Shown: positions 57,205-64,000 of the stretch, in pieces
Numbering within the stretch: the stretch's first letter is position 1
How the letters are laid out: each line of letters opens with the position of its first letter
DNA from: Bythopirellula sp.
GTDB lineage: Bacteria > Planctomycetota > Planctomycetia > Pirellulales > Lacipirellulaceae
Length of the DNA: 64,000 bases
Assembly (NCBI GenBank): GCA_034439695.1
Contig: JAWXAV010000047.1
Coordinates: 248-64,247, forward strand
Direction: 5' to 3'
Position numbers and translations under genes: made by a program
Notes under the pieces: model-generated
Seen by the model: the letters and a program-made list of their open reading frames with translations, nothing else
Told to the model about the DNA's origin: nothing
The model's database searches: none

Positions 57205-59787
57205 ATGACTCTTTACCGATCTTTCGGCGCTTGTTTTGTTGCACTCGCGTGCGCTCCGCTTGTTTACGCGGCCAACGACGTCTGGGATGGCAACGGCGCG
57301 AATCCGCCGAACGGGATCTGGAGCACGGCGGCCAACTGGGGGGACAACACGGTTCCCGGCCTCAACGACGGCGCCACGTTCAACTTGCCCGCGACCTACA
57401 CGGTCACATTCAATGCCGATCCGACCGCGATCCAGGATTTGACGCTGTCGGCCGGCAACGTGACGTTTTCTTCCGCTGCTGTTGTCGCCGATCTGCAAGC
57501 CTATTCCGCCGCCGGCGGGGGCGGACAGGACATACTGTTGAACGGCGCCGCACTCACAATCGGCACGCCCGCAACCGGTTCGATGCGGCTAAGCGCCGGC
57601 GACGACCTGACAGTGCAAAACGGATCGACCTTGTACGTCACTAACGGTGGCGTCGTCAGTTGTGTCGATTTAGTAACCGTTGGCGCGGCCGCGGGAGGCG
57701 GCAGTGGCACAATCAATCTCAACGACGCCGGGTTCGTAAATGGCACGGGCACGATCACCATCAACGCCACAGGCGCGGTGAACATCATCGGGAGCAGCAA
57801 CTTCAATGCCGGCAACGTCACGATCAACGGCGGCCTGCTCACCAGCGGCGCCAATGGCGTACTCAATCTGTCGACTGGCAAAACAATGACCATCCAGAAC
57901 GGCGGCCACGCCACCCTCGGAGGCAACTACGACGTTGATAACAATACCACCGTGACGGGTTTGGGCTCCAGGTTGGATATTGACGGATCCGTTTACATGA
58001 GCGCTTCGATCAATGTTCTTGCCGGAGCGGACGTGTATTCAGAAAACAATGCGACCATAGGTGCTTCTATATCGGGTAGCGGAGCTACCGTGACGCTCAC
58101 GATTGACGGCAGCGGTTCTTCGGTTACCACACGAAGCACGCTGACCGTCGGCCACAGTTCCTCCGGTTCCGCCACGGTCAACGTAACCAATGGCGGCACA
58201 CTGAGCCAATTGGAGGCCGAAACTATTCTGAATCCCACCGGCACGATTAAAATCACCGGCGGAACGGCCAACTTGGGCGGGCTCGTCGAAAATGGCGGGA
58301 CGATCAACTTCAATTCGGGCTCGCTGAGTTACGCTGGTTTGCTCACCGTCGGGCCGGGTGGTCTGCTGGGAGAGAATATTACGCTTTTTGCCAATCGCCA
58401 GTTGACCGTCTCGGCTACCACCATCGAGCCGACTCGCCAATTGACCGTCAACGGCGGCACGCTCACGACGGACCTGGAGGTGCGCGGCACGCTGAACTTC
58501 ACCGCCGGCACGCTCGGCGGCTCTGTCCGTGTGGATGGCAGCGGGATCGTCAACACGTTCAGTTCGATCAATGTGCCGATCTCCGGCAACAGCTCGAGCG
58601 GCACGATCAACGTCCAATTCAATGGGATCTCCCTTGGGAGTGCCGCCAGCTTCCGCGGGTTCAACCATCAAGGCACGCTCAACGTTGGCGGCAACGCCGT
58701 TACGCTCAACAGCGCCGGCTATGCCCGACTGGGCGCGCTGACCACGCTGAGCGGCGGCACGATTAACGCCCCCAACGGCGTGTACGTTTCGGGCGGAGGT
58801 AATCTAGTTGGCAATGGCGCCGTCAACGCCCGCGTCACCGGCGATAGCGGCTCGGTGATTGAGGCTGCCGGCGCTCTGGCGCTGGGCGATGCCGCTTCGC
58901 CGGCAGGATTCAACTATGCCGGCGAGTTGCGCACCAAGCAGTTTGCCGTCACCCTCAACAGCAGCGCGCAAGCAACGCTCGGCAATCTCACGGCGCTTGG
59001 GAGCGGCGCCGCTGCTGGGGCGCTGACCGCTACCAATGGCGTGGTCGTAGATTTCGGCGACGCCATTTCCGGCTTCGGCAGCATCAATTCCACCAATACG
59101 CTCGCCAAGCGGACAATCATCAACGGAGTCGCCCAAGGCAATTCGATGGCCCAGCCGCTGACGTTCACCGGCTATGTGAAGGGTGTCGGCACGTTCAATA
59201 ACGTGATCTTCACCGGCACGTTCGACCCCGGTCTATCGCCGACGATTTTGACCGTCGGCAACCTGGGATTCTCCGCCACGAACACGCTGATCATGGAACT
59301 TGGCGGCACGGCGCCTGGCGGCGGTTACGACCAGATTCAAGCCAGCGGCACGCTGGGCTTGGGCGGAACGCTTGCGGTGACGCTCATCAATGGCTTCAAC
59401 CCCGTGGTGGGAAACGCGTTCAATCTCTTCGATTGGGCCGGCTTGAGCGGAACTTTCTCCGCGATTCAATTGCCAACGCTCGCACCCGCTCTCGCTTGGA
59501 ACACGTCGCAACTCTTCGCGACCGGCGTGATTAGCGTTGCTGCTGGCATCACCGGCGACTTCGATTTCGATGGCGACGTGGATGGACGTGACTTTTTATT
59601 ATGGCAGAGAGGTGGTTCGCCCGCACCCTTCAGCGCCGGTGATCTCGCAGACTGGCAAGAGAATTATAGTACGCCGCCGCTGGTTGCCACGAGCGTAGCC
59701 GTGCCGGAGCCGACTGCTATGGCGCTACTTCTTGTCGGCGTGATCGCGGTTCACATTCCCCTAAGGAATGGCGCGAGAATAAGTTAG
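57205..59787 (+). CDS. PEP-CTERM surface protein with autotransporter-passenger-like beta-helix repeats and dockerin-like tail
   Basis: Signal peptide; WDG..W.TAANW; G/T/N-rich repeats; GDFDFDGDVDGRDFLLWQR; VPEPT + TM + R. Start ATG 57205. Confidence 0.85.
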   Translation: MTLYRSFGACFVALACAPLVYAANDVWDGNGANPPNGIWSTAANWGDNTVPGLNDGATFNLPATYTVTFNADPTAIQDLTLSAGNVTFSSAAVVADLQAYSAAGGGGQDILLNGAALTIGTPATGSMRLSAGDDLTVQNGSTLYVTNGGVVSCVDLVTVGAAAGGGSGTINLNDAGFVNGTGTITINATGAVNIIGSSNFNAGNVTINGGLLTSGANGVLNLSTGKTMTIQNGGHATLGGNYDVDNNTTVTGLGSRLDIDGSVYMSASINVLAGADVYSENNATIGASISGSGATVTLTIDGSGSSVTTRSTLTVGHSSSGSATVNVTNGGTLSQLEAETILNPTGTIKITGGTANLGGLVENGGTINFNSGSLSYAGLLTVGPGGLLGENITLFANRQLTVSATTIEPTRQLTVNGGTLTTDLEVRGTLNFTAGTLGGSVRVDGSGIVNTFSSINVPISGNSSSGTINVQFNGISLGSAASFRGFNHQGTLNVGGNAVTLNSAGYARLGALTTLSGGTINAPNGVYVSGGGNLVGNGAVNARVTGDSGSVIEAAGALALGDAASPAGFNYAGELRTKQFAVTLNSSAQATLGNLTALGSGAAAGALTATNGVVVDFGDAISGFGSINSTNTLAKRTIINGVAQGNSMAQPLTFTGYVKGVGTFNNVIFTGTFDPGLSPTILTVGNLGFSATNTLIMELGGTAPGGGYDQIQASGTLGLGGTLAVTLINGFNPVVGNAFNLFDWAGLSGTFSAIQLPTLAPALAWNTSQLFATGVISVAAGITGDFDFDGDVDGRDFLLWQRGGSPAPFSAGDLADWQENYSTPPLVATSVAVPEPTAMALLLVGVIAVHIPLRNGARIS

Positions 59788-59814
59788 ATGTATGTGGCGC
59801 AAGATTCGATTATC

Positions 59815-59906
59815 GTCATTCCCGCGCAGGGCTTGTCCTCGCGGGAGGGGGGCGAGAATCTAGGTTTCGCCGACTCCGTCAGGATTTCTGTCTGCGCGGG
59901 AATGAC
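59815..59906. repeat. dRS3-like doublet, copy 4, with interrupted left hairpin
   Basis: gtcattcccgcgcagg[gcttgtcctcgcgggaggggg]gcgagaatctag ... ctgcgcgggaatgac. Confidence 0.7.
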
Positions 59907-59932
59907 GGCCTGTCCGCACCAAGATGGTGCGG

Positions 59933-60673
59933 CTATTTCGCTTCGAGCTCCGTCAGATCAAGCTTCCGAAACTCCACTTCCGAGCCCTCCGCCTGAATCG
60001 CGATCTGTCCCTTCTCGGCCGTGCAATCGGTGCCCTCATTCACTAACTTGCCATTGACCCAGACCTTGATCGTATCGCCGGCGCACTCGATGATCATCGT
60101 GTTCCACTCGCCCGCGGGTTTCTCGGCATCGTCGGAGAGGTTGGCAATGTGGCGTGCCTTGTCTCCATCGGTTCCCCAGTTCTCGCGGGGGCCGCGGCGT
60201 TTTTCCATGTCGGGGACCGTGATGTCTTCGCGAATGCACCAGAAGTCGCCGGCGTCGCCGTGTGACATTTGCACTTCCAAGGATTGGGGGAACATGCTGT
60301 AGAGTGCGCGGGGGGTCGAGGCGTGGACGAGCACGCCACAATTGCCGGGTTTGCCCGCGAAGCGATACTCGACCTCCAGCCGATAGTTCTGATACTCGGC
60401 GTCGGTAATCAAATGCCCTCCGGGGGTGCCGAGGCTCAGCAGCATTCCATCGCGGACGATGAACGGATTCTTCGCGGCTGGATTCTTATCCATCTCGGGA
60501 ACATCGACGTGCCAGCCTTCCAGGTCTTTGCCGTTAAAAAGACTTTGAGATGTGGCGTCCTTGGTGGCCGCAGATTCTTGCGAGAAAGTGTTGTTACTGC
60601 TGATTAATATTGTACTTAGAGATATGGCCGTTAATAGAAATTGAAGCATAGAAAAGTGCGGAAGATGAGTCAT
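59933..60673 (-). CDS. DUF1080 (3-keto-disaccharide hydrolase-like) secreted protein
   Basis: Signal peptide; LFNGKDLEGW, NCGVLVH, LEVQ, GEWN, IKVWVNG, GQIAIQAEG. Confidence 0.88.
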   Translation of the reverse strand: MTHLPHFSMLQFLLTAISLSTILISSNNTFSQESAATKDATSQSLFNGKDLEGWHVDVPEMDKNPAAKNPFIVRDGMLLSLGTPGGHLITDAEYQNYRLEVEYRFAGKPGNCGVLVHASTPRALYSMFPQSLEVQMSHGDAGDFWCIREDITVPDMEKRRGPRENWGTDGDKARHIANLSDDAEKPAGEWNTMIIECAGDTIKVWVNGKLVNEGTDCTAEKGQIAIQAEGSEVEFRKLDLTELEAK

Positions 60674-60853
60674 GGTAAAACCTTTGATACGATGATGTTC
60701 GTTGTCTATTGAACTGGTGCCCGACCCCGTACTAGTCCCAAGACGAGCGTGATATTGCAACCCTCATATTCTATCAACTCCGTGGAGGCTGTCTTGGCTA
60801 CCGGAAATGTGCGAGAATCAATTGCCTGACCAGCGACCAGGAGCTAAACATCC

Positions 60854-61585
60854 GTGGAAAACGATCCGCCTATCCATCCGCATCACCATCGTCATCGCAA
60901 GATGCGGATCATTGGCGGTGTGATTTTGATATGGCTGGTCGCCTCTTATTTGCTGATCCCGTTTGCATGGGAGTACTATGCGTCGCTGCATCCTTCATTC
61001 GACGACAATCCCCGCGTGACCGAAACCGGCGATAAGCATCCTGGCGATCCACTGAATATCGCGCTCATTGGCACGGAGGCCGAGGTGAAGGAGATAATGA
61101 AGGCGGCCAAGTGGTATCCCGCCGCGGCGTTGGGTTGGGAGAGCGATTTAAGGATCGGTGCCGACACGATTCTATCGCGGCCTGATAAAGAAGCTCCGGT
61201 GAGCAACCTGTATCTCTTCGGTCGCAAGGAAGATTTGGCCTACGAGCAGCCCGTCGGCGACAATCCCCGGCATCGGCACCATGTGCGTTTATGGAAAACT
61301 CCGGCCGCGAGCGGCGACGGCCGACCCAAGTATATTGGCGCGGCCGTGTATGATGAAAAGGTCGGCTTGAGCCGCACGACGGGTCAGATCACGCATGTGA
61401 CGGCACCCGACGTTGACGCGGAACGCGACTATTTATTCAAATGCCTGGAGGCGACCAATTTGCTCGCCGAGCAATACGATGTGAATGACTTCCACAAAAA
61501 GTGCTCGGGCTTCAACGGCGGCGGCGATCCGTGGGAAACCGACGGCAAGCTTTATGTGGGAGTGATTGTGAACAACGCAAATTGA
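60854..61585 (+). CDS. LssY C-terminal domain protein
   Basis: GDPLNIALIG, PVSNLYLFGRKEDLAYEQ, RHHVRLW, TGQITH, DVDAERD, TDGKL. Confidence 0.8.
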   Translation: MENDPPIHPHHHRHRKMRIIGGVILIWLVASYLLIPFAWEYYASLHPSFDDNPRVTETGDKHPGDPLNIALIGTEAEVKEIMKAAKWYPAAALGWESDLRIGADTILSRPDKEAPVSNLYLFGRKEDLAYEQPVGDNPRHRHHVRLWKTPAASGDGRPKYIGAAVYDEKVGLSRTTGQITHVTAPDVDAERDYLFKCLEATNLLAEQYDVNDFHKKCSGFNGGGDPWETDGKLYVGVIVNNAN

Positions 61586-61598
61586 AAGTAGGTCACGA

Positions 61599-61943
61599 AT
61601 GAATTTTTTACTCGCTTGGTTGATTTTGGCACTTGGAGTGTTCGCAGCCGCAAAGCTGCTTCCTGGCGTTCACGTCCCAAATTTTTGGGATGCGGTTGTC
61701 GTGGCGGCAGTTTTCGGAGTGCTCAATTTCTTCTTGGGTTGGCTGGTCTTTGTCGTCCTGGGCATCGCCACGCTGGGCATCGGCTTTTTGTTGTTTTTCA
61801 TCACGCGGCTTTTTGTGAATGCGATTCTCTTGAAACTTACCGATTCGCTGACAAATCGCATCGCGATCAACGGATTTGGCAACGCTCTTTTAGCCGCGCT
61901 GGTGATCAGCGGCGTCGGCATCTTGGCGGATATGCTTCTCTAA
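61599..61943 (+). CDS. Phage-holin-family (DUF360-like, 4-TM) membrane protein
   Basis: LPGVHV..FW.AVVVAAVFGVLN, FVNAILL, I.GF..ALLAALVIS. Confidence 0.8.
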   Translation: MNFLLAWLILALGVFAAAKLLPGVHVPNFWDAVVVAAVFGVLNFFLGWLVFVVLGIATLGIGFLLFFITRLFVNAILLKLTDSLTNRIAINGFGNALLAALVISGVGILADMLL

Positions 61944-61959
61944 TCCGCTGCGATTGAGT

Positions 61960-63894
61960 TTAGAAGTACCGGTTCACAAACGCACGCACTTCGCCGTCGA
62001 AGACTTTGTCGTCGGTGAGCGGCACGGTATAGCCGGTCGTGATAATCGTTTTGCCAACATGCACATTCAGGCCGAAGATGCCATTCACCAGCGAGAGTTC
62101 GGAATCGGGATTCCCCACGCGGAAATTTCCGCTGGCAACTGAATCGGCGTCGTTGAGTGTTTCGGTGTAGTGAGCTTCCGCTTGCCAACCGATGCGGCGG
62201 ATCGTGTTACCTGGAGCGTAGTTTTGGTAAAACCACGAGCCTGTGGCCACGCTCAACGTGGCGAGATGCTGATCGTTCCATACGCCGATTTCTTCGAGAC
62301 CCATGCCGCTGACGTTGGCGAAGACATCGCTCCCCGTGGTGTCGAAATCGAAGGTGAGGAACGATTGTACGTACCAGTTGCTGTTTTCGGGTGTGCAAAG
62401 TACGGCCAAGTAGGGCAGCACATGCGTTGAGTCGTTGGTCACGCGTACCAGTTGAGTGCCGTCGGCCATGCTGACCTCGAGATCATCAGCTGTGGGGGCG
62501 GAGACGCCCAGCCCCGCGGCCACCGCGGTTGTTTCCGTGGATGTCAGCAAGAATTTGACGGCACAAGCCAAATTGCCGAACTCGCTGCTGGACGAATCGG
62601 TGAGGCCGTCCGTGAGCACGGCGTTGTCGAGCGTCAGTGCCATCGGCACGCGCACCTCGACCGAGGCCTGTTGATCCCAGAAGGTTTTTTCCACGCCGGG
62701 TGCGAAGCGATTGACGTCGGTTCCCGTGGAGGTGAACGGAACATTATGAAAAAAATTGTAGTCGAAGAACACACGATCCTTAGGCAGTGGGCTGTTGTTG
62801 TCTTGAATCCTCACGCGCCCCACGATATCGCCGGCCGCGGGACTGGGTAGCAACAGCGTGATGGGATCGGGAGTAAACAGTTGATCGCCAAAGCTCGCTA
62901 AGTATTTGGAACTCAAGAGATAAGTTTCGCCGGGTGCGAGATTGGTGCTGATATCAGAATTGTCTACAGAGATTCCGCCACCCGGCGAAGGATTGGAAGG
63001 CCCCGAGGTGTTCGGTTGAGTGGTGAAGGTTGCCTCGGCGTCGTCAAAGGCAATCGTGTTGTTCTGCATGGGAATCGCCGTGAATATGCCGTGCCCTTGC
63101 TGAGCGATGATGGCCGCTTGTTGAGCGTTGAGGAAATTTTGAGGATCCGAAGTGGGATCATTGAGATAGGCGTTGGCGGCCGCTTGGTAATTGGCTTGGG
63201 CTTGAGTATCGCTAATCGTGCTCCCCTGGGCGGCGGTTACGACGAGACCAAAAGTAGTGTCGCCATTGGCATTGAGCTGATCGACCGTCTCAATGCTTGT
63301 GAAAGCGATTCCCTGAGCATCGCCAGGTAGAAACGCACCAGTCACGGCGAATTGAGCGAAGTCTCCAAGGTTTGCGATAGGAACAATTTGAACCGTGGAA
63401 CCGCCAGGTATTTCGCCGCTGGGAGCATAATCGACTTCTCCCAAGAACGACGAAAAGCTTTGCACGCTGCTAGGGGTTTGGACGGTAATTTCGGTCGATC
63501 CCTGGCCGAAGAAGTCGCCTATCATATTGGGAGCACGAGCCAATCGCACGGTGAAGGACTGCGGCGTGCGCTGTCCGGTGCCGCCGAGCGAGGCCGGGGT
63601 TGCGGCGGTTCGTCCGACGCGCGAGCCTGCCATTCCACGGCCGGATTGGAATTGAGTCGGTTGCGCGAAATTCAGGTCGGCATCGGTCTCGAATTCAAAA
63701 TCGTAGCTAAATTTCTCGACTTCGATCTGATCGTCGAGGTCGCTGACGAGAACGTGCTCGGTCGGTTGGGAGACCTCGGGTTTGTTTCTCCAAGGATTGG
63801 CAGGCTCGGAGCCGCAAGTGAAGTCGATGCTCAACCCGCAGCTAGCCAATGACAGCAGAGCGCCTTGCAGCGCGCGGAAACGCGATCCCATCAA
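61960..63894 (-). CDS. Exported planctomycete-type protein, probable C-terminal outer-membrane barrel
   Basis: APNMIGDFFG; DNNSPLPKDRVFFDYNFFHNV, GVEKTF; C-terminal VNRYF. Confidence 0.7.
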   Translation of the reverse strand: MMGSRFRALQGALLSLASCGLSIDFTCGSEPANPWRNKPEVSQPTEHVLVSDLDDQIEVEKFSYDFEFETDADLNFAQPTQFQSGRGMAGSRVGRTAATPASLGGTGQRTPQSFTVRLARAPNMIGDFFGQGSTEITVQTPSSVQSFSSFLGEVDYAPSGEIPGGSTVQIVPIANLGDFAQFAVTGAFLPGDAQGIAFTSIETVDQLNANGDTTFGLVVTAAQGSTISDTQAQANYQAAANAYLNDPTSDPQNFLNAQQAAIIAQQGHGIFTAIPMQNNTIAFDDAEATFTTQPNTSGPSNPSPGGGISVDNSDISTNLAPGETYLLSSKYLASFGDQLFTPDPITLLLPSPAAGDIVGRVRIQDNNSPLPKDRVFFDYNFFHNVPFTSTGTDVNRFAPGVEKTFWDQQASVEVRVPMALTLDNAVLTDGLTDSSSSEFGNLACAVKFLLTSTETTAVAAGLGVSAPTADDLEVSMADGTQLVRVTNDSTHVLPYLAVLCTPENSNWYVQSFLTFDFDTTGSDVFANVSGMGLEEIGVWNDQHLATLSVATGSWFYQNYAPGNTIRRIGWQAEAHYTETLNDADSVASGNFRVGNPDSELSLVNGIFGLNVHVGKTIITTGYTVPLTDDKVFDGEVRAFVNRYF

Positions 63895-64000
63895 GAATCC
63901 CCCCCGAGAGAGAATGAAAGTAACTTACATGGGGTATCGGTTAGGTAAGCTATGCCAGTCAAGCAATTGTTGCGGCTAACAGCAAGTTTGTTGGCTGCTA

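Noticed and set aside
61599-61943. Holin as evidence for a prophage
   Set aside because: No endolysin, structural, terminase or integrase genes in the window.

Overview
A 64-kb, GC-rich bacterial chromosomal segment, almost certainly from a Planctomycete. The PEP-CTERM protein with a 'GDFDxDGDVDGxDFLxWQR' dockerin-like tail and several planctomycete-type porins and hypotheticals suggest Pirellulales, Lacipirellulaceae-like. Housekeeping genes: recG (partial), rnhA, priA, nadD, PduO-type adenosyltransferase, amt-glnK/B-glnD, mutM, trpBA, glpQ-like. Signalling genes: a CxxCH heme-c-type sensor kinase, a sensorless kinase, an HD-GYP/PilZ/Ser-Thr kinase trio and a DacZ-like diadenylate cyclase. 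Transport and envelope genes: MarR-RND pump, ABC ATPase module and outer-membrane barrels. Accessory material is small and scattered: two TA modules with readable promoters/operators, an AT-richer three-gene islet with an HNH-like ORF, and DUF4256. Most notable sequence-level observations: (i) two sub-kilobase, integrase-less inserts, each bracketed by a direct duplication of the 3' end of the adjacent gene (17 bp exact at 28010/28570 around a lone Xis-like gene; about 54 bp with mostly synonymous differences at 39881/40779 around a membrane-protein gene); (ii) an unannotated 39-aa membrane peptide behind a near-perfect sigma54 promoter; (iii) a dense, diverse set of intergenic palindromic repeats, including an exact match to the Neisseria dRS3 consensus. 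I found no tRNA, rRNA, CRISPR array, integrase or transposase. Family assignments are from motif recognition by eye, not database searches.
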